DNA of 64,000 bases. Source: Leptospiraceae bacterium. Its GTDB lineage: Bacteria; Spirochaetota; Leptospiria; Leptospirales; Leptonemataceae. Under the pieces are notes generated by a model. That model was not told the origin of the DNA and made no database searches. It saw only the letters and a list, made by a program, of their open reading frames with translations. The position numbers and the translations under genes are program-made. How positions within the stretch are numbered: position 1 is the stretch's first letter; every line of letters begins with the position of its first letter. Below are positions 9,109-19,354 of this stretch, in pieces. The stretch is from contig JAVJNR010000002.1 in the NCBI GenBank assembly GCA_040217195.1, positions 256,001 to 320,000 of the forward strand. Direction: 5' to 3'.

Positions 9109-10449
9109 ATGTCTCAATCCCGGAAACCCATTCTGCCACCAAGCACCATTGGAATCCTTGGAGGCGGTCAGCTGGGCCGAATGATTGCCCAGGAAGCCAG
9201 AAGAATGGGCTATGGAATCATTGTTCTGGATCCCGGAACCGATTGCCCTGCCTCTCATTTGGCCGATGAGCATATGCAGGCCGATTTTTCCGATGCAAAA
9301 GCTGTACAGGCTCTGTCACAGAAGTGCGATGTGCTCACCTTTGAATTCGAAAATGTGGAACCATCGGTAATGCAGGGCCTCACATCCTATCCGGCCCTGG
9401 AACCGTTGTTCATTAGCCGTAATCGTTTGAGGGAAAAGAGTCTGGCCCAGAATCTGCGAATTCCTACGGCTCCATTCATTCCGGTAGACAGCGCTACAGA
9501 ACTAAGACAGGCGCTCCGGAATACAGAGATCCAGAAATGTGCCGGAGCAATATTGAAAACCTGCGAAGGTGGATACGATGGAAAGGGACAATGGAGACTG
9601 GGTCTAAAGGAACTGCAGGCTGCCCTGGATTCTAGAATCAGCGACCAGGAATTTGTTCATCTTCTGGACTCCGCTCTGGTCAGTGCTTTTCGTTCCCGGG
9701 AAGATACGCTTACCACAGGAAATAAGATTCCAACGAAAGATTCCGCCACCATAAAAGAAAGAACTGCATCGTCCGAATCCAGGGATTCCGCCACGGCCAA
9801 AACAGATCAATCCGTCGAATACGGGCATGGACTGGATGCTACCTTTGTGCTGGAAGGAATGGTGGACTTCACTCTGGAATTTAGCATCGTCGGAACTGGT
9901 TTTAACGATGGGAGCTTTCACAGTTTTTCAGCCATTGAGAATCAGCACCGAAACGGAATATTACATAAGAGCTACTCCATCTGCAAAATGAATCAAAAGG
10001 CTCAGACACTGGCTGAAGAATATGCCCGGCGACTCTGCAATCATTTCTCTTATACCGGTACCTTTGCGGTGGAATTCTTCCTTTCCAATGATGAACCAGT
10101 ATTTAATGAAATGGCTCCACGTCCGCACAATTCAGGACATTTAACCCTGGATGCGAATTATAGTTCTCAGTTCGAGCAACATGTTCGTGCTATTTGTGGA
10201 CTGCCCTCCGGTGATACCGATTCCATATGCGAAGCTGTAATGATCAATTTAATTGGTGAAGATGAAAGTGAGCTTTCGGGATTGGAGCAGGCACTTAAAA
10301 TTCCCGGACTGCGTTTTCACTGGTATGGAAAAAATGATTCCAGGCAGGGACGTAAGATGGGCCATATCACAGCCCTTGGTTCTACCATAGAGAGTGCTGA
10401 ACAGAAAGCCGATCAGGCCTACGAATGCCTGGGATGGGTGAGGCAATAG
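9109..10449 (+). CDS. purK: N5-CAIR synthetase (ATP-grasp) with an internal insertion
   Basis: Motifs IGILGGGQLGRM, TFEFENV, GGYDGKGQ, NEMAPRPHNSGH and GRKMGH. Follows purE. Confidence 0.96.
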   Translation: MSQSRKPILPPSTIGILGGGQLGRMIAQEARRMGYGIIVLDPGTDCPASHLADEHMQADFSDAKAVQALSQKCDVLTFEFENVEPSVMQGLTSYPALEPLFISRNRLREKSLAQNLRIPTAPFIPVDSATELRQALRNTEIQKCAGAILKTCEGGYDGKGQWRLGLKELQAALDSRISDQEFVHLLDSALVSAFRSREDTLTTGNKIPTKDSATIKERTASSESRDSATAKTDQSVEYGHGLDATFVLEGMVDFTLEFSIVGTGFNDGSFHSFSAIENQHRNGILHKSYSICKMNQKAQTLAEEYARRLCNHFSYTGTFAVEFFLSNDEPVFNEMAPRPHNSGHLTLDANYSSQFEQHVRAICGLPSGDTDSICEAVMINLIGEDESELSGLEQALKIPGLRFHWYGKNDSRQGRKMGHITALGSTIESAEQKADQAYECLGWVRQ

Positions 10450-11405
10450 CCCAGCAATCGGTGGCATCCGGACTGAAAGAATAGATCGGCCAGAGCAACG
10501 ACTCCAATTCCCTTGTTGCTCATCAAATAGAGCGGAGCCCAGACGGGGCGAAATTTGTTTTTGAACTTAAAAAGTCCCATGCTACTGAATGCCGGTCGCA
10601 TCAAGTAATAACTGGGGAATTTTGACGGTGGCCGCGATGGGGACTGGAGTGGAGTATCCAGATTCCTTTCAAATTGATTTGGAAGGCGAGGCTCCTTCGG
10701 CAAACGCAAAAAGGGAACTTCGCCCAGGCTCATCATTGAAATGCCCTGGCTTCTGGCAACGTCCACGGATTCCAGAATCAGAGCCTCCATGGTGCCCACA
10801 GGAGCCACTGTAGATCTCAGCAACACTTCCAGGTGTCTGGCTTCCTTTCCATTTCGGGACCATCCTACCATCGCCTCGGTCTTTCCATCCCTGCTGTAAA
10901 TCAGTGCCTGTTCCCATCCACCAGGATGATTCTGAAAAAGATGATTCAGTGCCGGTCTCAATCTGTAATGGGATCTGTTTCGCAGGTCTCGAAGTTCCAG
11001 GCTTAATCGATTGATATCCCCTTGCGAAAGTCCATCTATGATCTCTATTTCGCCTTTTCGCAGAGCCCTCCGGCGAAGCTCTCGAAGACTGGCATGGGGC
11101 TGCCAGTGCTGGGGATGTCCTGGAATTAATAGGGCTTCAATTCCGCTCTGGCGGCTAAACCAACCCTCCCGGCCAAGTTGCATTTTATGATCCGGCAGAC
11201 AACCTCGGATTATTACATCAATATTCTCTGCCTCCTGCAGCAATGCAGAGGCGAGATCCGCATCGCTGTTCATTAGAGCGCCATAAATCCAGTTTCTGCG
11301 TATCCTGGGTAGCCACAGCGACTGAGGGGCAAAGCCGGACCCATCGAAGGAAGAAAATGAATCATTCACAGACCAGCTCAGTGGAAGTCGGGACATTCTT
11401 CGCAT
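10419..11405 (-). CDS. DUF2156 / aminoacyl-phosphatidylglycerol synthase C-terminal-like domain protein
   Basis: Motifs APVGTMEALI, MMSLGEVPF and GLFKFKNKFRPVWAPLYL resemble the MprF transferase domain. No flippase domain. Confidence 0.7.
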   Translation of the reverse strand: MRRMSRLPLSWSVNDSFSSFDGSGFAPQSLWLPRIRRNWIYGALMNSDADLASALLQEAENIDVIIRGCLPDHKMQLGREGWFSRQSGIEALLIPGHPQHWQPHASLRELRRRALRKGEIEIIDGLSQGDINRLSLELRDLRNRSHYRLRPALNHLFQNHPGGWEQALIYSRDGKTEAMVGWSRNGKEARHLEVLLRSTVAPVGTMEALILESVDVARSQGISMMSLGEVPFLRLPKEPRLPNQFERNLDTPLQSPSRPPSKFPSYYLMRPAFSSMGLFKFKNKFRPVWAPLYLMSNKGIGVVALADLFFQSGCHRLLGYCLTHPRHS

Positions 11406-11506
11406 TCTAATCTCTTTTTCTCGTAATCCCTATCTCATCCCTGGGAAATAGTTGACTAATGTCCAATCTATTCCTTCGTTAAAAGACAAAGAAACAAGGA
11501 GGAAAT

Positions 11507-12103
11507 ATGGCACTAACTTTGCCTGATTTACCCTATCCCAAGAATGGACTCGAGCCTCATATCTCTGCAAACACACTCGAGTTTCACTATGGAAAGCATC
11601 ACAATGCTTATGTAACCAATGGAAATAAGCTCATCGAAGGGACTCCCTTTGAGAAAGCAGACATTGAAACCATTATCAAGGAAACCGCAAAAGATTCCTC
11701 CAAAGTTGGCATTTTCAACAATGCTGCTCAGGTTTGGAACCATACTTTCTACTGGAATTCCATGAAGCCTAATGGTGGCGGAGAGCCTACTGGTCCTATT
11801 GCAGACAAGATCCAGTCAGATTTTGGCGGACTGGACAAATTTGTAGAAGAATTCAAGACAGCTGCGGCTACCCAATTCGGAAGCGGATGGGCCTGGCTGG
11901 TTCTGGATGGCGGAAAACTTAAAGTGGTGAAAACACCGAATGCAGAAAACCCTCTGGTTACCGGTCAAAAGCCGATTCTAACCATTGATGTTTGGGAGCA
12001 TGCTTATTATCTGGACTACCAGAATAAGCGGCCGGACTACATTTCAACATTCGTTGAAAAGCTGGTTAACTGGGATTTTGCATCCAAGAATCTGGAAGGC
12101 TAA
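11507..12103 (+). CDS. sodB: Superoxide dismutase [Fe]
   Basis: Motifs [19 protein letters not shown] (Fe-type signature) and [17 protein letters not shown]. Confidence 0.96.
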   Translation: MALTLPDLPYPKNGLEPHISANTLEFHYGKHHNAYVTNGNKLIEGTPFEKADIETIIKETAKDSSKVGIFNNAAQVWNHTFYWNSMKPNGGGEPTGPIADKIQSDFGGLDKFVEEFKTAAATQFGSGWAWLVLDGGKLKVVKTPNAENPLVTGQKPILTIDVWEHAYYLDYQNKRPDYISTFVEKLVNWDFASKNLEG

Positions 12104-12143
12104 TCCAGGAAATAAGAATCCCCTGGTAGCAAAGGGAATAAGC

Positions 12144-12176
12144 AGAAGGGCTCGCAATCGCGGGCCTTTCTTTTTT
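12144..12176 (+). terminator. Rho-independent terminator of sodB
   Basis: Hairpin agaagggctcgc-aatc-gcgggcctttct followed by a T-run. Confidence 0.8.
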
Positions 12177-12267
12177 GGAATATAGTCAAAGAGTTTATCT
12201 GGAACCGTCTCCCTGGCGGTACACATTACATGCAACATTCTATCGCTTAACCGAATTATGCTACGGG

Positions 12268-13041
12268 CTATCCCTGGGTAGCGGAGGCCAGAAGAAGAGT
12301 ATGTCTTGTTTTTACATTTTCAATCGCTGCATGGACGGGAACCGCTGCCTCTGAAATAATCTCCAATCCCCAGCTTTGCGAATTCTTACCTGGGCCATAG
12401 GTTCTGCAGGGATCTGCCACAATACACTTTGCGCCCAGTTCCTGTGCGGCGAGACACCAGATCCTGGCTCTATCTGCCACGGAAGCTTCGTAGAACAAAT
12501 CTCCCAGGATTACTATGTCCGGTTTGATTCGGGGAAGGAAAAATTCTGGATCTTCGAAAAGTTCCAGGCCATCAGTATCTAGCTCCACTCCATTTCGTCG
12601 TGCCATGGCAGCGGTAACATCCAGGGCCTGATTGTCATGGTCCGTTGCAGTAACCTCACATCCTCTTTTCGCAAATGCCACTGCAGCCAATCCTGATCCG
12701 CAACCAAGCTCCAGAACTCTTTTCTCTTTTAGTGGTAGGTCTGTATCCAGGGCATAGCGAGCCAGCATTCTGGATCCTGGCCAGACAATACACCAGTAAG
12801 GAATTTCGTTTCGATACGCTTCGTCCAGTGTTCCGGCATACTGCCAGAATGCACTGAAATTCAGAGCTTCGCGCATGTAGATTTCCGGGCAGTATAGATC
12901 CGGACGGTTTCCCTGGCCAAAGTTCGGAACGGGTGGAGCTTCCTCTTCCAGCATGAACTCAGCCGCTGACGGAGTTTTAGGGCTTTCTGCAGCCGGTAGA
13001 GGCATTCCCGGTTCCAGGAGGAATAGTTCAGACGATAACAT
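12268..13041 (-). CDS. Class I SAM-dependent methyltransferase (lysine-methyltransferase family 16-like)
   Basis: Motifs PYWCIVWPGS, VLELGCGSGL and GDLFYE. Confidence 0.85.
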   Translation of the reverse strand: MLSSELFLLEPGMPLPAAESPKTPSAAEFMLEEEAPPVPNFGQGNRPDLYCPEIYMREALNFSAFWQYAGTLDEAYRNEIPYWCIVWPGSRMLARYALDTDLPLKEKRVLELGCGSGLAAVAFAKRGCEVTATDHDNQALDVTAAMARRNGVELDTDGLELFEDPEFFLPRIKPDIVILGDLFYEASVADRARIWCLAAQELGAKCIVADPCRTYGPGKNSQSWGLEIISEAAVPVHAAIENVKTRHTLLLASATQG

Positions 13042-13607
13042 TATTTGCGCTTACCTGGGTTCATAGTTGAATTGCGATCTACAAATGACCGAACTCATAA
13101 TTCGAGGTCTTTAAGTCAAACAATCCAAGTATCGCCTGCAAATACAGTGGCTGCCTACCTCGAATATAGGTCTCGCCTGTCCCTTTATTGGGGATTTGTA
13201 TTCAGGAATAGGAAATCCTCGCGGGTGGTCATCTCTGACAAATTCTGGATCCTCTTACGGAGCGGGATTTTCTCTGAATGGAGTATGCGAAGTGGGGTGT
13301 CTATTTCCTCGTTGTTGCAACGAAGGTGGATTCGATTCGGCATCGCAGTCGATTGGAGAGATTTTCTCCAGACCTTAAGGAACTGAACGAACTATTCATA
13401 CATTTGAGTGCGGATATGGTGGATTGTGCAGTTGTAAATCATTACGGAGGAGGTTTGATCGACTGGCCTACTAGAATTCTTTCGCATGAGGCATTCGGAC
13501 AATAAATTGAAACGAACGGCCATTGATAATTGTCCGGGAACATAGTAAGCTTCTCTAGATCTCGCCCACAATCCTTCAGTGGTTCAGGGCAAGCGAAGGA
13601 GACTGAA

Positions 13608-14273
13608 ATGCCAATCCGCCGAACTATTCTTCTACCTGTGTTACTTGCATTTCTCAGTCAATGCGTGACCTGGATTAATGGAGCGCCTGAGGTCAATTCT
13701 GATAAGAATACCGGGGCTTCGCCTGTGGTCGTGATCGATCTCCGCTCCAAGGACCCAGACCTGGCCGGAGTCCTCGTAAATGATTCAGCAGTCCTTAAAC
13801 GGATGAGCAAGACAGAAGAGGACTTCCCGGAACTATATCTTCTGGGGCCATATGCATTCGAAAATAGCCTCATGGACCAGACCCTTGAAGCGGAATGCGC
13901 GATTCAAAAGGCCAGGCAATTGGGCAGCGTACTCTGCATGCGTATTACCGTAGAACCGAATGAAACGGGCGTTGGTGTCGGGACCCTGATGTTTGTTTCT
14001 GGCATGGTTTCCGGGTTGTCCATTTTTGTGTTGCCAGTATACCTCGAACAGCCGCGAATTTATCATTTGGAAGTGTTTAATGAGGTCAGAGGTTGGCAGG
14101 CTCCCCGGACCCAGAGTTACAAAGTGTCCAAAAGCATCCTCGGTAGCTGGCTGGTACTGCCCTTTTCCTGGGTCGGATTCCTTCTCCCCGATGATGATGA
14201 TCTGTGGTGGGGAATCATCTCGGAAGGGTATAGACTGGATTCTTCGGATTCCTCGCGGATCGATTCGCGCTGA
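13608..14273 (+). CDS. Hypothetical lipoprotein (paralog of 16075..16722)
   Basis: AGGAG RBS before ATG 13608. Signal peptide ends FLSQ-C, followed by two internal hydrophobic segments. Confidence 0.7.
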   Translation: MPIRRTILLPVLLAFLSQCVTWINGAPEVNSDKNTGASPVVVIDLRSKDPDLAGVLVNDSAVLKRMSKTEEDFPELYLLGPYAFENSLMDQTLEAECAIQKARQLGSVLCMRITVEPNETGVGVGTLMFVSGMVSGLSIFVLPVYLEQPRIYHLEVFNEVRGWQAPRTQSYKVSKSILGSWLVLPFSWVGFLLPDDDDLWWGIISEGYRLDSSDSSRIDSR

Positions 14274-14857
14274 ACTGGCGAACACTACGTTACAATGTCA
14301 TTAATGCTGGCTGGTGAACAAGGTCCAGGGTCGTACTGGGTGGTGCCAACGGTTCAGGTAGCAGGGAAGATTCCCAACGGTTGCAGGCCTGGTTACGGTA
14401 GGCGAGTCTTCGTTATGCGATTCCGGAGCTAACGCTTTTCCAGACTTTTTTCAGCCACAAGTATTAGTTTGTCCTTGCGGTGCTTTCCGCGCTGAGCATC
14501 CAGTCGTATCGTTAGGGATCCCCCATATCCATGCCCCCCGTGCAGGTTTAATCCGCAAACCGCCACAGCTGACGTTCCTTTCCATCAATACCAGGTGTCC
14601 CAATCGATTAACAATGTGGGTCATCTATGGCTCCCGGCTAGGTTGTCCTGCGATTTCCCCGAGCTGAATGGCTGCTTTCCGGCTGATCTAGTCGAGAGCA
14701 GTGAGGACTCATTGGCTCCAATTGAAGTAGCACTGGGAGCCGGGTAAATTAGATGCCAGTTTTCCTGGAAATATTCATCCCGAAAATTTTTTGGGACCGA
14801 TCTGGATGTTTTCGGGGAGCACGATTCGATTGGTATGGCGCATTCGAAGTAAGACTT

Positions 14858-15874
14858 CTATGTCTCTGTTCCAGAAAGGGATTCGGCCTTCCATTGTCCT
14901 GGTGGCATGCCGAACCATTTTCTAAATGCACGGTGGAAGGTGCTGGATTCGGAATATCCCAGCAAGTAAGCTGTTTCAGTAAGGGAATAGTTCCGGTCCA
15001 GCAGATAGACCTGGACCAGCTCTTTACGAACATTGTCCAGAATATCCTGATAGCTAAGTCCTTCCCGTTTTAGTTCCCGGTACAATGTGGTTCTGGACAA
15101 AGCCAGCTTCTGGCAAAGCCATTCAATGCTCACCTCTCCAAATGCCAGGTTCTTACGAAGAAAATCCGAAATAATCTGGCTGGTAGACTCATCCTGTCTG
15201 GAACTCAGTTCCGAGGCTCGACCAACCAGGATTTCTTTAATGTAGTCGTTCTTATGTACGCCTTCCCATTCCAGTATCGAAGACTTGAAGGAGATCTCAT
15301 TGTTGTCCTGTCCGTAATGCACAGGGCATCCAAAAAACTTTGAAACCTCTGATGCATATTCTGGTTCCGGCTGCTCAAAGAACACTCCCAGAGGCTCAAT
15401 CTTCTTTCCTGTGAAGAAGTTTGCCCAGGTTAATCCGGATGACAGACTTCTTTCTATGACCAGATGCGAATCGAAACGTGGATCAGTAATAGAATATCGA
15501 AATAGACAGTTCCTTCCCTGACGAAAACATTCAATCTTGCCAGACTCATTTGTCAGGGAATGAAAGCGAATAGATTGATCCAGGGCTTCGCCCAGAGTAT
15601 TACAGGCAAGAAAAAGGTTTCCTACCACACCCATGGATTGCTTGCGAACAATCTGACCAATTTTTAGAGCACATAGCGGATCATTGCTGGTTTCCCACAG
15701 CAAATCCCAGAGCTTGATACTGGTCTCTGCAGGTATTCGACCATCCACCTGCCGAAAAATAGCCGGGTCCAGGCCGGTCCTGCTGGCCACCTCGGATGCT
15801 TCCATCCCATGCTGCATCAGAGCATCGAATACGTCATACATCTGTACTGCAGATACACTGGGAGTGGTGGCCAT
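14858..15874 (-). CDS. AraC family transcriptional regulator
   Basis: C-terminal HTH (LALSRTTLYREL, AYLLGYSESSTFHRAFRKWFG). N-terminal ligand-binding domain of the long (about 340-aa) type. Confidence 0.93.
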   Translation of the reverse strand: MATTPSVSAVQMYDVFDALMQHGMEASEVASRTGLDPAIFRQVDGRIPAETSIKLWDLLWETSNDPLCALKIGQIVRKQSMGVVGNLFLACNTLGEALDQSIRFHSLTNESGKIECFRQGRNCLFRYSITDPRFDSHLVIERSLSSGLTWANFFTGKKIEPLGVFFEQPEPEYASEVSKFFGCPVHYGQDNNEISFKSSILEWEGVHKNDYIKEILVGRASELSSRQDESTSQIISDFLRKNLAFGEVSIEWLCQKLALSRTTLYRELKREGLSYQDILDNVRKELVQVYLLDRNYSLTETAYLLGYSESSTFHRAFRKWFGMPPGQWKAESLSGTET

Positions 15875-16074
15875 CAGTTCTGCTCCTTAATACGCAAGGC
15901 TAACATTACCTTTTAAATCCTAACCAGAGTTGCTCCTGACGCAACTTTTTCTCTGAAGCAATTGGCCAATAATTTGAAACCATGGGCCATTGAAATAGAT
16001 CCATGAAATGTGATTCAATCTGTTCCTCATAGCCCGGGGTAATCCCGAGGCGCAATAGGCAGGTAGGATACAGG

Positions 16075-16722
16075 ATGAAACTTCGCATTATTAGTACGGC
16101 TCTCTGTTCGGTCCTTTTTTTCAACGGATGCGTCACCTGGATGGCTGGAATTCCAGATGCGGGACCACCCATACAGAGAAGCGAACCACCCATTCTAGTA
16201 ATGGAGATTCGCTCGGTGGACATAACCATGACCGGGGCCGTGAATACAGATGCCGAGGAACTGGTGGAAATGGTCCGGGAAAGCGATAAATATCGAGAAC
16301 TGGTCCTGGTCGGTCCTGCATCCACGGATGTGGCCTTGCTCCGTGAAACGATTGAGACTGAATGCCCCAGGCAAAGAGAAAAGAATCCCGGTGAGGTTCT
16401 CTGTCTGAGGGTAACTGTGGGCCATGATGTAGCCAACTCTCCCAGTCCAATCTGGGTTCTTCCGCTTTCATTTCTCTCCGGACTGTCAATCTTCTGGATT
16501 CCTCTCTATATTAGAGGACCCAGAAAGTACCATCTGGAAGTGTTCTCCGAGAACACAGACTTCAACGACCCTCCGCGAAGAAGCTATTCAATCTCACAGA
16601 ACATCCTCGGTGGATGGCTAATGTTGCCTTTCTTCTGGATATCATATATTACTCCGGACGAAGAGACTCTATGGGAAGGCTTCTTAAGCGAAGCCAGGGA
16701 GCTGGAATCCTCCTCCAGATAA
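16075..16722 (+). CDS. Hypothetical lipoprotein (paralog of 13608..14273)
   Basis: Signal peptide ends FFNG-C. Shares CVTW, LCxRxTV, SGLSIF, PRxYHLEVF and ILGxWL with the upstream paralog. Confidence 0.72.
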   Translation: MKLRIISTALCSVLFFNGCVTWMAGIPDAGPPIQRSEPPILVMEIRSVDITMTGAVNTDAEELVEMVRESDKYRELVLVGPASTDVALLRETIETECPRQREKNPGEVLCLRVTVGHDVANSPSPIWVLPLSFLSGLSIFWIPLYIRGPRKYHLEVFSENTDFNDPPRRSYSISQNILGGWLMLPFFWISYITPDEETLWEGFLSEARELESSSR

Positions 16723-16777
16723 TCCAAATACATGTGATGCTAAAAGCACTCAGGATCGAAGAAGCATCAGATTCGTT

Positions 16778-16811
16778 AAAGGGTCCCTGCATTGCAGGGG
16801 CCTGTTTTTTT
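16778..16811 (+). terminator. Rho-independent terminator, possibly bidirectional
   Basis: Stem ggtccctgc-att-gcaggggcc followed by tgttttttt, between convergent genes. Confidence 0.7.
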
Positions 16812-16839
16812 ACGGATGATGTCTTAACTTCCCGGCTGG

Positions 16840-17298
16840 CTAAATTGAATCCAGAGCCTGTCGTGCCACACCTATTTGCTCCGTCAGTTTCTGTTCCAGA
16901 TCCTTGCCCAGGGTCCTTGCATACCTTGCATAAAGTGCCTTCCAGGCCCCGCGAATGGAGTCTTCCATTCGTCTGGCTTTTGCGGTGGCATATACCTGAG
17001 CGGTGCGGCCCTCCAGTTTCCTTTCAATCAAGGCCAATTGTTCCAGACGGTCCAGAAACCGGGTGATGGTAGATGGCTTGAAACTCAGCTGCCGGGCAAT
17101 ATCAGAAGGCTGAATGCCAGGATTTTTCAAAGCAACAAGCAATACAAATCCATGAGAGGGTGCCATTCCAATCTTCCCGAATTCTTCCTCGGCAAACTCT
17201 GTTAATTTTCGATTAAGTGCGCTTGTTGTGAAAAATAAACAGGAGCTAAAGTCCTGTTTGGGCTCCTGTTTATCAGACTTATTGCTGGCCGGATTCAT
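16840..17298 (-). CDS. MarR family transcriptional regulator
   Basis: Winged HTH: PSDIARQLSFKPSTITRFLDRLEQLALIER...EGR...VYAT. Confidence 0.92.
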   Translation of the reverse strand: MNPASNKSDKQEPKQDFSSCLFFTTSALNRKLTEFAEEEFGKIGMAPSHGFVLLVALKNPGIQPSDIARQLSFKPSTITRFLDRLEQLALIERKLEGRTAQVYATAKARRMEDSIRGAWKALYARYARTLGKDLEQKLTEQIGVARQALDSI

Positions 17299-18326
17299 GG
17301 ATTCCAGAGAAAATAGAACTTGGCGCTGGATCCCGGAAAGGCCAGTTGTCTCAGTATCTGATTGAGCTCGGATACGTTCGCAGTTGAGGTTTCATGAATA
17401 CTCTTGATTGGTCGGGCAGACCTGGTATAAACCACGAGCATTGGATCTGGATCCGTGCCTTTATAATTCTTGAGCTTCTGGGTCTTGATTACAAATTCAT
17501 CGAAATACCCGATGTCATCGATCAAGCCAAATTCCTTCGCTTGATTCGCAGTATAGATTCTTCCATCGGCCAGCTTCAATATTTTCTCTCGATTCAGATC
17601 CGGGCGACCTGCCTCTACCACGGTTACAAACCTTTGATACATATCATCAACGACGGTTTGTAGAATCTGCCTTTGCTCTTCCGTCATCTCCGCAGTGGGT
17701 CTGCCAATGGCCTTATTCTTGCCTGATGTGATGGAGTATTCCTTAACACCAATCTTATCCAGCCCCTCTTTTATATTCAATACGGCGAAAATCACGCCTA
17801 TAGATCCGGTAACCGTTGTAGGATGTGCGTACACTCGATCTGCGGCCATGGCAATGTAATAACCACCGCTGGCTGCAAGATCCATGAAGACTGCAACAAT
17901 CGGAATATTTCTCCGCTCTTTGAACTTCTTGATTTCACGATAAATCAAATCGCTGGCTGTGGCTCCTCCTCCGGGACTATTGATCTTAAGTATGATGGCA
18001 GTGATTCTCGGATCGTCCATTGCTCGTTTGAGCTGACCTGCCACTTCTGCCACCGTGCTGTCTTTATTCGGGCCCAGGAATTCAGAAGAGCCCTCACTGG
18101 AGATGACTCCATCAATCGGAATAATCAATATCTTCTCCGGTCCGGTGCCCTGCAGAGTCCGCTCTTGATAATCCTGTAGTGGAGTAGGTAAATTTATGTC
18201 AAAAAAAGAGACAGAGCAGGATGAGACCAGAATTAGAGATACGAGTGCTGGAATCAATCCTCTGGAAATGACTTGCCGAGTATGCCGAATAACTTGAGTG
18301 TACATCAGATACAGGGAGTCATTCAT
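17295..18326 (-). CDS. sppA: Signal peptide peptidase SppA (S49, 36K type), likely a lipoprotein
   Basis: Motifs INSPGGG, AASGGYYIA, TGSIGV and LADGRIYTA. Start codon uncertain. Confidence 0.92.
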   Translation of the reverse strand: MNDSLYLMYTQVIRHTRQVISRGLIPALVSLILVSSCSVSFFDINLPTPLQDYQERTLQGTGPEKILIIPIDGVISSEGSSEFLGPNKDSTVAEVAGQLKRAMDDPRITAIILKINSPGGGATASDLIYREIKKFKERRNIPIVAVFMDLAASGGYYIAMAADRVYAHPTTVTGSIGVIFAVLNIKEGLDKIGVKEYSITSGKNKAIGRPTAEMTEEQRQILQTVVDDMYQRFVTVVEAGRPDLNREKILKLADGRIYTANQAKEFGLIDDIGYFDEFVIKTQKLKNYKGTDPDPMLVVYTRSARPIKSIHETSTANVSELNQILRQLAFPGSSAKFYFLWNP

Positions 18327-18389
18327 TCAACTATGGGTAAAGTGAAAAACCGCGAAACGAGGGAACTGAATTCAGGGATAAATCATGCT

Positions 18390-19244
18390 ATGCGAACGTC
18401 CGGAGCAAAGAAATGGCCTTCCCGTCCCACCGTCTTATTGGCTCTGGTCACCTTTTCTCTGCTAGTTTTCCATTGCAGCGGTTGCTCGGACGATGATCTA
18501 AGACTGGTTCGCATGGACAGCGATACCAGTCTGTTTTCGGAGCCATCCACATCCTCGGATCGCCTGGGTCGTGTTCCTGCGGGTCAGCTTGTTGAGATCC
18601 TGGGCGAAGGTCCCTCGGAAGAGGGCACCGAAAAGAAATGGTATGAGATAGTCTGGAAAGGGAAGCAAGGATTCATGCTTCTGGATCCTTCCAAAGTTGA
18701 ATTTCGCACAAGTGCCTCCGAGACTGAGGAAGAGATAGAAGAGGATGCCGGGGATGATTCGGAAACGGATGGAGAACTTTCTCTTCAGCCAAAGCGACTG
18801 AAACCTGCTAACTTTGACCCTTCCGGTGAGGAGTTTTCCCTGGGCCTGGGCTGCACAGGAAGTACTCATTCGGAGTATTCTGTTTCCCTGAGTTTTTCGG
18901 AAGACGAGGTAACAATGACGGATTCGGGGCTTCTGGAATACGGGATGCCCGGAGAGGCTTGCGGAAGCACTTATGAAGAGGTATTTGTTGGTTCCTATGA
19001 TTCAGTGAATGGCGAATTGATTGTTCAATTTCGCCGGCAAATCAGTCGGGTTTCCACAGCCAAATTTCCTAACTGCAGCGCGACGAAAGTCAGCGAAGAG
19101 ATTAATAAGATTCAACGCAAGGATCGATTTTTTATGCTGGAATGCGATGGGAAACATGCACTGCAAATGGATCCCAGCACTGGCAATGAGTCCGGGGATG
19201 CAGAAAGCCATAGTTTTGCGGATCAGTACTTTGTAGTTCAGTAG
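18390..19244 (+). CDS. SH3-domain-containing lipoprotein
   Basis: Signal peptide with Cys, then an SH3b-like segment (LFSEPSTSS...VPAGQLVEIL...WYEIVWKGKQGF), an acidic linker and a Cys-containing C-domain. Start moved to ATG 18390. Confidence 0.72.
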   Translation: MRTSGAKKWPSRPTVLLALVTFSLLVFHCSGCSDDDLRLVRMDSDTSLFSEPSTSSDRLGRVPAGQLVEILGEGPSEEGTEKKWYEIVWKGKQGFMLLDPSKVEFRTSASETEEEIEEDAGDDSETDGELSLQPKRLKPANFDPSGEEFSLGLGCTGSTHSEYSVSLSFSEDEVTMTDSGLLEYGMPGEACGSTYEEVFVGSYDSVNGELIVQFRRQISRVSTAKFPNCSATKVSEEINKIQRKDRFFMLECDGKHALQMDPSTGNESGDAESHSFADQYFVVQ

Positions 19245-19354
19245 CCCTCTAATTTACTCTCGGTAAAGGGGCCAACCGTTACATCGCGGGAGCGGACGAT
19301 CAGATCTAGCTGCCAGGAATTGATACGATTAGACTTAACGTTACTGATCTACGA

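Noticed and set aside
13045..13505. Short ORFs or a possible ncRNA in the long gap after the methyltransferase
   Set aside because: No RBS, recognisable motif or convincing RNA structure that I can support.
14274..14857. 585-bp intergenic region, considered as an ncRNA or mobile-element remnant
   Set aside because: Only short (about 7 bp) inverted matches; no terminal repeats, transposase remnant or tRNA-like fold.
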